From an uncultured Actinomycetota bacterium (GTDB lineage: Bacteria; Actinomycetota; Actinomycetes; JAHEKZ01), in the NCBI GenBank assembly GCA_963824605.1, contig CAWGPZ010000009.1:127763-191762 (forward strand): 64,000 nt of DNA. Reading direction: 5' to 3'. The notes under the pieces were generated by a model. That model ran no database searches and was not told the origin of the DNA. It saw only the letters and a list, made by a program, of their open reading frames with translations. Shown here piece after piece: positions 9,961-19,962 of the stretch (the first letter of the stretch is position 1; each line of letters opens with the position of its first letter). The position numbers and the translations under genes are program-made.

Positions 9961-11232
9961 GTGAGCGCCCCCACCCGAGTCTTCATCGCCCGCCTGACGG
10001 GCGCTGCGGTCTTCGACCCCAGCGGAGACCAGCTGGGCAAGGTCCGCGATGTCGTGGCCACGTTGCGAGCGGCTCCCCGACCTCCACGCATCATCGGTCT
10101 GGTCCTCGAGGTGCAGCCAAGACGGCGGATCTTCGTCCCCATGACCCGCGTCACGTCGATCGATGCCGGCGGGGTCGTCGTCAGCGGACTGCTGAACCTG
10201 CGGCGCTTCGAACAGCGGCCTGGCGAGCTGCTCGTGGTCGGTGAGCTGCTCGACTCGCCGGTCACTCTCGTCGAGGACGACGCGAACGTCACCCTCTTGG
10301 ACGTCGGCATGGAGCAGCTTCGCACCCGCGACTGGGAGGTCGCCAAGGTCTACGTGCAACGGAAGGGCAAGACCTTGCGGCGACGCGGCGAGCAGTTCGT
10401 CGCCGACTGGAACGAGATCACCGGGCTTTCCCTCGACTCCGACGATCAGGGCACCGCCCGCCTGCTCGAGTCGTACGAGAAGCTGCGTCCTGCCGACCTG
10501 GCCCACGCCCTTCAGGACCTCAGCGACAAACGTCGCCGCGACGTGATTCTTGCTCTCGGCGATGAGCGTCTGGCTGACGTTCTCGGCGAGATGATCGAAG
10601 AGGAGTCGTCACAGATCTTGACGGCGCTCGACGACGAGCGCGCCGCCGACGTGCTGGAAGAGATGGATCCAGATGATGCGGCCGACATCCTGAGCGAGAT
10701 CGCCGAAGAGACCCGCGCCCGGCTCCTGGAGCTCATGGAGCCCAAGGACGCTGAGGACGTCCGCATGCTTCTGGAGTACGACGAGTACACCGCCGGGGGC
10801 ATGATGACCTCCGAGCCAGTCGTCCTCGCACCTGACTCCACGGTGGCTGAGGCTCTGGCGCGCGTGCGCAACGCCGACCTGCCGCCGGCCCTTGCCGCCC
10901 AGGTGTACGTCTGCCGGCCACCTCTTGAGGTGCCGACAGGGCGGTACCTCGGATCGGTGCACTTCCAGCGACTGCTGCGCGAGACGCCGAGCGCGTTGGT
11001 CACTGAGGCGGTCGACTCCGAGCTCGAGCCCGTTGCGCCCGAGTCATCCCTGCACGAAGTGACCAACGTCTTGGCGTCCTACAACCTCGTAGCAATCCCC
11101 GTCGTCGACGAGAACGACAGACTGCTCGGCGCCGTGACGGTGGACGACGTGATCGATCACATGCTGCCGGACAACTGGCGAAACGAAGCGCCCGCGCCGG
11201 CGCCCGTGCAGGGGGTAGCGGATGGCGCGTGA
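9961..11232 (+). CDS. PRC-barrel / MgtE N-terminal / CBS domain protein
   Basis: PADLA, MDPDDAAD repeats, TAGGMMT, CBS pair ending GAVTVDD. Confidence 0.88.
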   Translation: MSAPTRVFIARLTGAAVFDPSGDQLGKVRDVVATLRAAPRPPRIIGLVLEVQPRRRIFVPMTRVTSIDAGGVVVSGLLNLRRFEQRPGELLVVGELLDSPVTLVEDDANVTLLDVGMEQLRTRDWEVAKVYVQRKGKTLRRRGEQFVADWNEITGLSLDSDDQGTARLLESYEKLRPADLAHALQDLSDKRRRDVILALGDERLADVLGEMIEEESSQILTALDDERAADVLEEMDPDDAADILSEIAEETRARLLELMEPKDAEDVRMLLEYDEYTAGGMMTSEPVVLAPDSTVAEALARVRNADLPPALAAQVYVCRPPLEVPTGRYLGSVHFQRLLRETPSALVTEAVDSELEPVAPESSLHEVTNVLASYNLVAIPVVDENDRLLGAVTVDDVIDHMLPDNWRNEAPAPAPVQGVADGA

Positions 11233-11734
11233 GCTGAGGCGAAGCCGTCTCGACCAGCCAAAGGGTCCTCGTCGCGGTGTTCGGTCGCCGTACGACCCCG
11301 AGACCTTCGGCAGGCTGTCCGAGAAGATCAGCCGCTTCATCGGCTCGTGGCGGTTCATCTTCTGGATGAGCGTGTTCGTGGCCAGCTGGATGGTGTGGAA
11401 CCTGCTGGCTCCCGCCGATCTGACCTTCGACGAGTGGCCGTTCATCGGTCTGACCTTGATGCTGTCGCTGCAGGCGTCGTATGCGGCACCGCTGATCCTG
11501 CTCTCCCAGAACCGGCAGACCGACCGCGACCGCGTTCAGTACTGGGAAGACCGAGCCCGCATCGACCGGATCATCGCCGACGACGACTTCATCACCCGCG
11601 AGGTCTCATCGCTCCGACTGGCTGTCAACGAGGTTGCCACCCGCGACTTCGTCCGCGACCAGCTGCGCGACCTGCTCGACGAGCTCGACGAACGGGCCAA
11701 TCCGCGTCCCGACGGCGCCCAGTCAGACAGCTGA
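11222..11734 (+). CDS. DUF1003 membrane protein
   Basis: FIGLTLMLSLQASYAAPLILLSQNRQ motif; usual partner of MgtE-N gene. Confidence 0.88.
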   Translation: MARELRRSRLDQPKGPRRGVRSPYDPETFGRLSEKISRFIGSWRFIFWMSVFVASWMVWNLLAPADLTFDEWPFIGLTLMLSLQASYAAPLILLSQNRQTDRDRVQYWEDRARIDRIIADDDFITREVSSLRLAVNEVATRDFVRDQLRDLLDELDERANPRPDGAQSDS

Positions 11735-13099
11735 CGGCGCGCTTCGGTCATCCGCCCCTGGGCGCCCGGTTCGCTCCAGCGCGCCGAAGAGCAACGTCGC
11801 CAACCCACCGACGACCAGGGCGAACCATGACGCCGCCAGCCAGGTCGGCGGAGTGAACGAGATCAACCCCTGAACCCATGCCCAGAAGTCGTTCCAGCCA
11901 TTGACGTATCCGGGGTTCACCAGCTGATAGGCGACGAAGCCCGTCAACCAGGCACCCAACATCGCCGGACGCAGCGGCGACGTCTCCGACAGGTCCCACT
12001 GACCACGCGACACCACGAACCAGTCGGTGATCATGACGGCGACGAGGGGGACGAAGACCGAGCCGATCAAGAAGAGGAACGACTGGTATCCGCGTAGGTC
12101 GATGACCAATGCCAGTGCCGTCGCTGTTGCACCGACGGCCACTGAGACCCAGCGCCGATCGAGGTTCGGAGCCACATTGTGCACCGACATCGTGGTCGAG
12201 TAGATGTTGGCGAACGCCTCATCCACCTCGTCGACAGCGAGGATGAAGAGGGCGAGCGCACCAGCAGGCACCGCCAGGAGCCCGGCGATCACGTCACCGT
12301 CGAGAGCGACAACCGTTGAGTACGCCACGATGCCGAGCGCGATATAGAGGATGGCCGCCAGGCCGTACCCCACCCAGGCCCCGTAGACCGAGGCCTTCGC
12401 CGTCCGCGAATGCCGGCTGTAGTCGTTGATCAACAAGGCATACGAGACGCAGACGGCGATCACGGTGTCAGTGGCCAGACCAAAGCCGGTCCATCCGCCA
12501 TCGGCGAGGCCGGGGAGCGGCTCGCTGAGCAGCCGCACGAACAGATAGGCCGTAGCCCCCAGGACCAGCCAGACCACTACTTTGCGCAGCAACCGGACCG
12601 AGCCCAGCGGCCGGACGGCCATGGCGGTGGCGCCAATGCCCGCCAGGATCACCCACAGCGGGCGCCACTCATCGCTGGTCAGGGCGGTGGCCGCTGTCGC
12701 GATGACGATGATCTCGATCGTTCCCCAGCCCACGTTCTGGGCGATGTTGAGCGTGGTCGGGATCACCGAGCCTCGGCGGCCGAAGAGCCCCCTCAGGAGC
12801 ACCATGCTGGGTGCTCCTGTGCGCTGGCCGGGCACCGAGGCCGCCCCGAGGAGCCCGGCACCGAGAAGTGCCCCGAGCACCGTTGCCGTGAAGGCCGCGA
12901 ACAGCGACATCGTCGTGCCGTCTCCGAACGGCGACAAGACGAAGGCTGCGGTGACCGGTCCCGTGAGGCTGACCCCGAGGTTGAACCAGAGCACGGTCTG
13001 GTCCCACCAGCCCAGCGATCTCGGTGGGGTGAAGCTCAAGGTCAGCGGGGCCTCAGGGCGTCCGCCGGCGGTCGGTTGCACATCGATTGGCGACGACAT
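11723..13099 (-). CDS. Purine-cytosine permease family transporter (CytX-like, thiamine precursor uptake)
   Basis: About 12 TM helices, LWFNLGVS, QNVGW, DYSR, FANIYS; preceded by TPP riboswitch. Confidence 0.85.
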   Translation of the reverse strand: MSSPIDVQPTAGGRPEAPLTLSFTPPRSLGWWDQTVLWFNLGVSLTGPVTAAFVLSPFGDGTTMSLFAAFTATVLGALLGAGLLGAASVPGQRTGAPSMVLLRGLFGRRGSVIPTTLNIAQNVGWGTIEIIVIATAATALTSDEWRPLWVILAGIGATAMAVRPLGSVRLLRKVVVWLVLGATAYLFVRLLSEPLPGLADGGWTGFGLATDTVIAVCVSYALLINDYSRHSRTAKASVYGAWVGYGLAAILYIALGIVAYSTVVALDGDVIAGLLAVPAGALALFILAVDEVDEAFANIYSTTMSVHNVAPNLDRRWVSVAVGATATALALVIDLRGYQSFLFLIGSVFVPLVAVMITDWFVVSRGQWDLSETSPLRPAMLGAWLTGFVAYQLVNPGYVNGWNDFWAWVQGLISFTPPTWLAASWFALVVGGLATLLFGALERTGRPGADDRSAPSAV

Positions 13100-13103
13100 C
13101 GCA

Positions 13104-13198
13104 CTCTCCCTACGCCGGAATGACCCGGACAGGTTCAGGCGGTCGGCGATCGGATCGTGCTGATCACCCTCTCAGCCCGTGATGGGCTCCCGCGGTGT
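13104..13198 (-). ncRNA. TPP riboswitch
   Basis: Minus strand GCGGGAGC..GGCTGAGAGGG..GACCGCC-TGAACCTGTCCGGGTCATTCCGGCGTAGGGAG; 3' end contains the permease SD, implying translational control. Confidence 0.93.
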
Positions 13199-13259
13199 GC
13201 GAGTCACCGTACGCCGTACCTCCGTCGGGCTCCAGCCGGGGACCCAAGACGCCGATCAC

Positions 13260-15056
13260 ATGACGGTGAAGCCCCCGTTGTCAGCGGGCCGAAAGGCCGC
13301 AGCTGAACCTCCTACGTCCGTTCCCGGATCGCTGGCGTCGCCTCGGCATGAACGGACGATGCGCAGACGCCTGGGCGAGGTGTTGGTCACCCACGAGGTC
13401 ATCGATGAGATCCAGCTCGACGAGCTGCTCGCCGAGCAGGCGACGCTGCGGTCAACAGATGGGTCCGGCCGCATGCGGCTGGGGCAGCTGGTGGTCTTTC
13501 GTGGGCTTGGTACCGAGGAGCAGGTCGCCGATGCACTGGGCGACCTCCTGGCGCTCGACGTCGTCGACCTGTCGATCGAGCCGGTCGACCCGACCGTGGC
13601 GCAGCTCATCCCTCGCGCGATGGCTGAGCGTTTCGGGCTGATCGTGCTCGCGAGGGAGGAGACGGGCTTGCGCGTCGCGGCCTCCGACCCGACGAACGTG
13701 CTGGCCCTGGACGACGTGCGTATTCACACCCGCGAGAGGTCGCTGCACGTGGTCGTCTCGACGCACTCCCAGATCGCGGCTCAGATCAAGCGGGTCTGGT
13801 CGATCGGTGACGACGCTGCGGATGCCGTCGAACTCCTGTCGATCGAGCACGACGACAACCAGGACGACGACGACACCGTGGACCAGACACCTACCGTGCG
13901 CCTGCTGGATGCGCTTCTCGGCGACGCGGTTCGCGGAGGAGCCAGCGACATCCATGTCGAGCCCCAACGCGACGCCGTCCGGATCAGGTACCGCATCGAC
14001 GGACTTCTGCGCGACATGATGACCGTGCCCCGTAACGCGGGTCCCAGCATGATCAGCCGCCTGAAGATCATCTCTGGCCTCGACATATCCGAGCGCCGGG
14101 TCCCGCAAGACGGCCGGACCCGCATCAGCGTGGACGGCACCGCCATTGACGCACGCGTCAGCACGCTTCCTGCGATCCACGGCGAGAAGATCGTGATCCG
14201 GCTTCTCACGTCGACCGACCACGTGCAGGCCCTGAACGAGCTAGGGCTACTCCCCGATCAGCTCGAAGCGCTTCGGAACTCGCTCCGTGTCTCGCAGGGG
14301 CTCATCCTGATCACTGGGCCGACAGGATCCGGGAAGACCAACACGCTGTACTCGGCAATCGACCATGTGATCACCCCGGAGCGCAATGTCGTCACGCTGG
14401 AAGACCCCGTCGAGATCCAGCTCCCCGGAATCACCCAGGTCAACGTGAATGTGCGAAGCGGCATGACCTTCGCGAGGGGGCTGCGCGCCGTTCTCCGCCA
14501 AGACCCAGATGTCGTACTCGTGGGGGAGATCCGCGACCAGGAGACCGCAGAGCTGGCACTGCGCGCCTCACTCACTGGCCACCTCGTTCTCAGCACGGTG
14601 CACACGAATGGAGCGGCCCAGGCACTGACGCGACTCGTTGACATGGAGATCGCGCCGTACCTGGTGGCCTCTTCGCTGAACTTGGTAGTGGCCCAGCGGC
14701 TCGTTCGCCGCGTATGCGAGGACTGCGCCGAGCCGTACGTGCCTTCCGATGAGATCTTGGCGACGCTCGCCGTCGACCTCAGCACGCTGACCCACGCCGA
14801 GCCGCGCCGCGGCACCGGCTGCGTGACATGCGGCACGACGGGCTACCGCGGGCGACTCGGAGTCTTCGAAGTGCTTCCGATCACCGCCGCGCTGCGTCGG
14901 GCCTTTGCCCACGAGCCGACCGAGGAGACCCTGCTCGACGTCGACCCCGGCTTCGTCACGCTGCAGCAGGCCGCCCTGCACCATGCCGCCAAGGGACTGA
15001 CGACGTTCGAAGAGGTGCTCCGCGTCACCCAGGTGGATGCCCCCGAGCCCCACTAA
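13260..15056 (+). CDS. pilB: GspE/PilB-family ATPase with N-terminal MshEN domain (start 13260 or 13359)
   Basis: Tandem RLGxxLV motifs, ASDIH, LDISERRVPQDG, Walker A GPTGSGKT, EDPVE, LRQDPD..GEIRD, TGHLVLSTVH, Cys4 zinc motif. Confidence 0.9.
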   Translation: MTVKPPLSAGRKAAAEPPTSVPGSLASPRHERTMRRRLGEVLVTHEVIDEIQLDELLAEQATLRSTDGSGRMRLGQLVVFRGLGTEEQVADALGDLLALDVVDLSIEPVDPTVAQLIPRAMAERFGLIVLAREETGLRVAASDPTNVLALDDVRIHTRERSLHVVVSTHSQIAAQIKRVWSIGDDAADAVELLSIEHDDNQDDDDTVDQTPTVRLLDALLGDAVRGGASDIHVEPQRDAVRIRYRIDGLLRDMMTVPRNAGPSMISRLKIISGLDISERRVPQDGRTRISVDGTAIDARVSTLPAIHGEKIVIRLLTSTDHVQALNELGLLPDQLEALRNSLRVSQGLILITGPTGSGKTNTLYSAIDHVITPERNVVTLEDPVEIQLPGITQVNVNVRSGMTFARGLRAVLRQDPDVVLVGEIRDQETAELALRASLTGHLVLSTVHTNGAAQALTRLVDMEIAPYLVASSLNLVVAQRLVRRVCEDCAEPYVPSDEILATLAVDLSTLTHAEPRRGTGCVTCGTTGYRGRLGVFEVLPITAALRRAFAHEPTEETLLDVDPGFVTLQQAALHHAAKGLTTFEEVLRVTQVDAPEPH

Positions 15057-15079
15057 CGCATCGCACGTAGCATCAAGCC

Positions 15080-16213
15080 ATGCCTGTTGACCTCAACGCT
15101 GTCCACGCTGCCCTGGCCACGGTCAAGGATCCAGAGATCCACCAACCCATTACCGACCTCGGAATGGTCAAGTCGGTCGACGCCGATGCCTCCGGGGCAG
15201 TGGCGGTCGAGGTCTACCTGACGGTCGCCGGCTGTCCGATGCGCGACCGCATCACCACCGACGTGACCAATGCCGTGCAAGCCGTCCCCGGGGTCGCGGG
15301 TGTTTCGGTCGTGCTGGACGTCATGAGTGACGAGCAACGTCAAGCCATGGCTGCCAAGCTTCGAGGCGGAGAAGCCCAGCGTGAGATCCCCTTCGCACGA
15401 GCCGACTCACTGACCCGAGTATTCGCTGTGGCCTCCGGAAAGGGTGGCGTCGGAAAGTCGTCGGTGACAGTCAATCTCGCTGCAGCGATGGCGGCGGACG
15501 GCCTGATGGTGGGCGTGGTCGACGCCGACATCTACGGACACTCGATCCCCCGGATGCTTGGAGTCGAAGGGCGCCCGACGCAGGTCGAAGGCCTGATCAT
15601 GCCGCCGCAGTCGCACGGCGTGAAGGTGATCTCGATCGGCATGTTCACAGCCGGCAACACCCCGGTGGTCTGGCGAGGTCCGATGCTGCACCGGGCACTG
15701 CAGCAATTCCTGGCCGACGTGTGGTGGGGCGACCTCGACGTGCTGCTGATGGACCTGCCCCCGGGCACCGGCGACATCGCCATCTCCGTCGCTCAGCTGG
15801 TCCCCACCGCCGAGCTGCTCGTGGTGACGACCCCACAACAAGCGGCAGCCGAAGTTGCCGAACGAGCGGGGACGATTGCGCTGCAGACCCACCAACGGGT
15901 GGCCGGCGTCATCGAGAACATGGCCTGGCTGCCGTGCCCCCACTGCGACGAGCGTGTCGAGGTGTTCGGTTCAGGCGGAGGCGAGCAGGTGGCGTCCGGA
16001 CTGAGCCGGTCACTCGGAGCCGATGTGCCCCTACTCGGAGCCGTCCCGATCGATGTCCGCCTCCGCGAGGGCGGAGACAACGGTCAACCGCTCGTGCTGA
16101 GCGACCCCGAAGCTCCTGCGGCCGTCACCCTGGCGCAGATCGCCACGCGGCTCGGTCGGCGCGAGCGTGGACTGCTGGGCAAGTCGCTGTCACTGACGCC
16201 GAACCGGAGCTGA
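15080..16213 (+). CDS. mrp: Mrp/NBP35 Fe-S cluster carrier ATPase
   Basis: DUF59 N-terminus (DPEI..GCP), SGKGGVGKS, WRGPM, DLPPGTGD, CPHC. Confidence 0.93.
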   Translation: MPVDLNAVHAALATVKDPEIHQPITDLGMVKSVDADASGAVAVEVYLTVAGCPMRDRITTDVTNAVQAVPGVAGVSVVLDVMSDEQRQAMAAKLRGGEAQREIPFARADSLTRVFAVASGKGGVGKSSVTVNLAAAMAADGLMVGVVDADIYGHSIPRMLGVEGRPTQVEGLIMPPQSHGVKVISIGMFTAGNTPVVWRGPMLHRALQQFLADVWWGDLDVLLMDLPPGTGDIAISVAQLVPTAELLVVTTPQQAAAEVAERAGTIALQTHQRVAGVIENMAWLPCPHCDERVEVFGSGGGEQVASGLSRSLGADVPLLGAVPIDVRLREGGDNGQPLVLSDPEAPAAVTLAQIATRLGRRERGLLGKSLSLTPNRS

Positions 16214-16220
16214 TCGGCCT

Positions 16221-16565
16221 TCAGGTGGTGTCGGAGTCGTAGCGCGGACGCTCAGAGCCCTTGTTCTCACCTGGGCCATCTTCCTTGCCGTCGACCGCTC
16301 GCTTCACGTCATTGATCTCATTGTCGATCGGGTCGAAGAGGTTGCGCTTGACGAAGGACCTGGGGTCAAGATCGCTGATGTTCATGTCGCCGAGCTCTGG
16401 TCCGAGCGAGTCCTTGAGATCTTGCCTGGCGCCAGTGGCCATCCGCCGCACCTCTCGCAGAAGGCGAGCAGCATCTGATGCCAGCCCTGGCAGCTTGTCC
16501 GGTCCGAAGATCAACAGGGCGAGCACCGCAATGGCGATGATCTCCCACACGTTGATGTCGAACAT
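16221..16565 (-). CDS. tatB: Twin-arginine translocase TatB
   Basis: MFDINVWE..FGPDKLP, C-terminal YDSDTT; htrA-tatB-mrp synteny. Confidence 0.9.
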   Translation of the reverse strand: MFDINVWEIIAIAVLALLIFGPDKLPGLASDAARLLREVRRMATGARQDLKDSLGPELGDMNISDLDPRSFVKRNLFDPIDNEINDVKRAVDGKEDGPGENKGSERPRYDSDTT

Positions 16566-16591
16566 GACTCCAGGGTAGGCCAGAACCGAAG

Positions 16592-17707
16592 TCAGCCGAC
16601 CGTTGCTCCCAAAGTGAGGGTGAGCGAGAGCTGTCGATCCCCACGTTCGATGAGCAACGTGACGTCATCGCCCGGCCTCAGGCTTCTGATGAGGACGACG
16701 AACTCCTCGTACGTCTCCACCGGCTCGCCGTCAACCGCGACAACTCGATCCCCCGGCTCGACACCGGCAACGTCGGCGGCTCCTCCCGGCGTAACCGCTT
16801 CTCCGGGGGCCCCCGCTCGCTGCACCTGAGCGCCCGGGCCTGGGTACGTGAGATCAAGAAGAACGCCCACGACCGGGTACTCCGCCTCACCCGTGGCAAT
16901 CAGCTGCTCCACCACCGTCCGAGCCTGATTCACGGGAATCGCAAACCCCAGCCCGATGTTTCCTGCGCCCCGCCCCGTCCCCAAGGTGGCGATCGCACTG
17001 GTGATGCCGACCACGCGGCCGCGACTGTCGACCAGCGGACCACCTGAGTTGCCAGGGTTGATGGCGGCGTCTGTCTGGATGGCGCTGATGTAGGAGGCCT
17101 CACCGGCATCGGATGTGGTGACAGGGCGGTCGAGTGCGCTGACGATTCCTGTGGTCACCGTCCCGCTCAGACCGAGAGGAGATCCGACCGCGATCACGGC
17201 GTCACCAACGCGCAGACGGTCAGAGTCTCCGAGCGGGGCAGCGGGAAGATTCTTCCGGTCCACACGAACCACAGCCAGGTCGTATGTCGGTGAACGGCCG
17301 ACGATCCGGGCGGGAACCTGAACGCCATCACTGAATGTGGCGGTCACCAATCCGTCCTTGCCGGCGCCAGAGATGACATGGCTGTTCGTGACGATGTAGC
17401 CGTCTGGACGCACCACCACCCCTGAGCCCGTTGCTCCACGTCCTTGCCCCCGGACCTCCAGCGACACCACCGTCGGGACCACGGCGTCGGCGATCAGAGT
17501 CACTCCGGTGGGGGGTTCGTCGTTGACCGGCGCCACGGGAAGCACGACACCAGGGATGGCATCGGTTCTGTCGTCGGCCCAGAGCACGACTGCCGCCGCA
17601 AGCGCACCCCCTGCAAGGCCGACGATGAGGGCCGCCAGCACGAAGAGGAGCAGGCTCGGGCCCGGACCGCGTTCCGCGCGGTAGACGAATCGGGTCGGCG
17701 TGCTCAC
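16592..17707 (-). CDS. htrA: HtrA/DegP-like serine protease with PDZ domain
   Basis: TM anchor, TNSHV, DLAV, QTDAAINPGNSGG, PDZ. Confidence 0.9.
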   Translation of the reverse strand: MSTPTRFVYRAERGPGPSLLLFVLAALIVGLAGGALAAAVVLWADDRTDAIPGVVLPVAPVNDEPPTGVTLIADAVVPTVVSLEVRGQGRGATGSGVVVRPDGYIVTNSHVISGAGKDGLVTATFSDGVQVPARIVGRSPTYDLAVVRVDRKNLPAAPLGDSDRLRVGDAVIAVGSPLGLSGTVTTGIVSALDRPVTTSDAGEASYISAIQTDAAINPGNSGGPLVDSRGRVVGITSAIATLGTGRGAGNIGLGFAIPVNQARTVVEQLIATGEAEYPVVGVLLDLTYPGPGAQVQRAGAPGEAVTPGGAADVAGVEPGDRVVAVDGEPVETYEEFVVLIRSLRPGDDVTLLIERGDRQLSLTLTLGATVG

Positions 17708-17838
17708 GGGGCCACGCTACGCGGTCATCAGCGCCTTCGCGGCCGGGAGCCCGCCCAGCATCCGCACACAGATAGGGTCGGCGCTGACGCGGGAATGCAG
17801 GACAGGTCCGACCAGAACCAGCGCTGAGGAGGCCGACC

Positions 17839-18474
17839 ATCGGTACCGACGAGACAGACACCAGCGGGCTCTTCGTCGACGGCTATCGCCCAGAGGACGA
17901 CCTGCTGGAAGCTGCGCGCAGTCGTGGCGACGAGATCGGAGTGACGTCGGTGTCACCGGCCACCGGGGCGACACTGCACTGGCTCGCCGAGCTCATCGGG
18001 GCGCGCGCTGTCGCCGAGGTCGGCACCGGAGCTGGCGTCTCCGGACTCTGGCTGTTGCGCGGAATGACGCCCGATGGCGTGCTCACCACCGTCGACGAAG
18101 AGGCGGAGAACACCCGGGTCGCACGCCAGACCTTCGCGGAAGCCGGCGTTCCCACGCAACGGGTGCGACTCATCACCGGTCATCCGGTCGAGGTGCTCTC
18201 CAGACTCGCCGACGGAGCGTATGACGTCGTCTTCTTCGACGCGAACCCCCAGGAGTCCAGCCGATACTTCGAGGAGGGTCTGCGTCTGCTGCGACCCGGT
18301 GGACTCGTGGTCTTCAACGGGGCCCTGTTGGGCGGTCGTGTTGCCGATCCCGCCCAGCGCGACGCAGCCACGATTGCCGTTCGCGCCCTGGTGAACGACT
18401 CGCGTGAGGATGAAAGGATCCGGCCCCTGCTGGTGCCGGTCGGCGACGGCGTTCTCGTCGCCCAGAAGCTCTGA
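17839..18474 (+). CDS. O-methyltransferase (Rv1220c-like); probable ATC start
   Basis: EVGTGAGVSG SAM motif, YDVVFFDA, LRPGG; frame open upstream of 17941 to AGGAGG-N6-ATC. Confidence 0.8.
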   Translation: MGTDETDTSGLFVDGYRPEDDLLEAARSRGDEIGVTSVSPATGATLHWLAELIGARAVAEVGTGAGVSGLWLLRGMTPDGVLTTVDEEAENTRVARQTFAEAGVPTQRVRLITGHPVEVLSRLADGAYDVVFFDANPQESSRYFEEGLRLLRPGGLVVFNGALLGGRVADPAQRDAATIAVRALVNDSREDERIRPLLVPVGDGVLVAQKL

Positions 18475-18489
18475 CGCCTGGACGCGTCG

Positions 18490-18837
18490 TCAGGCAGTAC
18501 CTGGGCCGGCCCCGGAGACGAACCCGTCGCCCCCCTCGGCGACAGCCACGACCTCAAAGGGCTCGTAGGCGATCGGTGGCGATCCGATGATCACGCTGCC
18601 CGGAGCTGTGGTCTCGCCCGGCATGAAGCCGGCCAGGAAGTGGTCGCGGTCTTCGCGACTGGCAAAGATGTAGGTGCCCTCGAACCACTCGCCCTCGATC
18701 ATGCCCCAGGTCTTGGCGTGCAGCCCGTCCATGCCGGAGAAGCGGTCAAGGGACGTCGATACCACGTAGTCACGCAGCTGCTGCGCCACGGCCGGTGGGG
18801 AGTCTTTCAGCGTCCACCGCACCGAGAGGCCGAACAC
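18490..18837 (-). CDS. Hypothetical protein (dimeric alpha-beta barrel/monooxygenase-like)
   Basis: GLSVRW..GLHAKTW..FEGTYIF. Confidence 0.6.
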   Translation of the reverse strand: MFGLSVRWTLKDSPPAVAQQLRDYVVSTSLDRFSGMDGLHAKTWGMIEGEWFEGTYIFASREDRDHFLAGFMPGETTAPGSVIIGSPPIAYEPFEVVAVAEGGDGFVSGAGPGTA

Positions 18838-18842
18838 CGACG

Positions 18843-19010
18843 TCAGCCCACCACGTCGACGAGTTGGTCACCCAGGTCTTTGGCCTCTTCGGCATTGAGC
18901 TCGACGACGAGTCGACCGCCACCTTCGAGGGGCACGCGCATGACGATGCCGCGACCCTCTTTGGTCACCTCGAGTGGTCCGTCGCCGGTGCGCGGCTTCA
19001 TGGCCGCCAT
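18843..19010 (-). CDS. DUF3117 family protein
   Basis: MAAMKPRTGDGPLEVTKEGRGIVMRVPLEGGGRLVVEL signature. Confidence 0.92.
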   Translation of the reverse strand: MAAMKPRTGDGPLEVTKEGRGIVMRVPLEGGGRLVVELNAEEAKDLGDQLVDVVG

Positions 19011-19130
19011 GGGCATCCCCTTTCCAGAAGGCAACGTGACCGAGGGTTCGGTACGTACAGCCCTTCGAACAATGCAGACTCATTATTCCGCACGGCTGAT
19101 GAGGGTGTGCGCCCGCCCCAATGGAGCGCG

Positions 19131-19586
19131 CTACGACGCGGCGTGCTCGGCCTCGACGTCGCGCGCCAGCTTCTGCAGGCTCCGGCCTACTCCCCAAGCG
19201 AATCCCGGTCGGACGATGGGCCATCCGGCCTTGCCCAGAATCCCCAGCGGCAGGTCCAGCTCTTCCGCCCAGACGAATCGCGAACGGCCCCCCGGCAGCG
19301 CAACCACCTCAAAGATGCCGAGGCCCTTGACCACCTTCCCGGTGTGCAGAACAACGCACCGTCGGGGCGGATCCCATTCAGTGATGACCATGGTGTCGAG
19401 GAATCCGAGTCGACCGACACCGGTGAAGGCTTCCAGTCCACCCCCGACCCCGACCCCGTCGAGGTCGGTGGAGCGCACGACCGTTCCAAGCATCCACTCT
19501 GACTGTCGGGGCCAGTCGGTGACCGCAGACCACACCGCCTCGGGTGGGGCGTCGATGACGACATCAACTGCTATGTGCGCTGTCAC
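19131..19586 (-). CDS. SRPBCC/polyketide cyclase family protein
   Basis: DAPPEAVW..TDW, ITEWDPPR. Confidence 0.82.
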   Translation of the reverse strand: MTAHIAVDVVIDAPPEAVWSAVTDWPRQSEWMLGTVVRSTDLDGVGVGGGLEAFTGVGRLGFLDTMVITEWDPPRRCVVLHTGKVVKGLGIFEVVALPGGRSRFVWAEELDLPLGILGKAGWPIVRPGFAWGVGRSLQKLARDVEAEHAAS

Positions 19587-19886
19587 TTACTCCTCCGACG
19601 TCGAGTGCTGCCCTGCCTGGAGCTGCCGAATCTCAGCATCCCGCAGCGCGAGCTCGGCCGCGAGTCGGTCGAGCACCTCGTCGACCGCGGCCATCTGATA
19701 GCCGCGAACGGCCAAGGGAAGGCGCAACGTCTCGACGTCGGAGGCCACCATGGTGCGCTCCTGCGGCAACCGCACGACGACGTCGTCCGGCTCCTCCTCC
19801 ACCAATCCGTCGCCACGCCCCAGCGCGAGCAGGACCACCCCCAACAAGATGGCGCTGATCACCACCAGCCATAAAATCCACATCAT
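19587..19886 (-). CDS. DivIVA-domain membrane protein
   Basis: N-terminal TM, RGYQMAAVDEVLDRL. Confidence 0.82.
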   Translation of the reverse strand: MMWILWLVVISAILLGVVLLALGRGDGLVEEEPDDVVVRLPQERTMVASDVETLRLPLAVRGYQMAAVDEVLDRLAAELALRDAEIRQLQAGQHSTSEE

Positions 19887-19962
19887 GCGACGTTCCTCCT
19901 TGGATGCGTCACGATGGTCCCACGCCCGGAACTTCTCCGGCGACCATGCCATGAGGAGCCTT

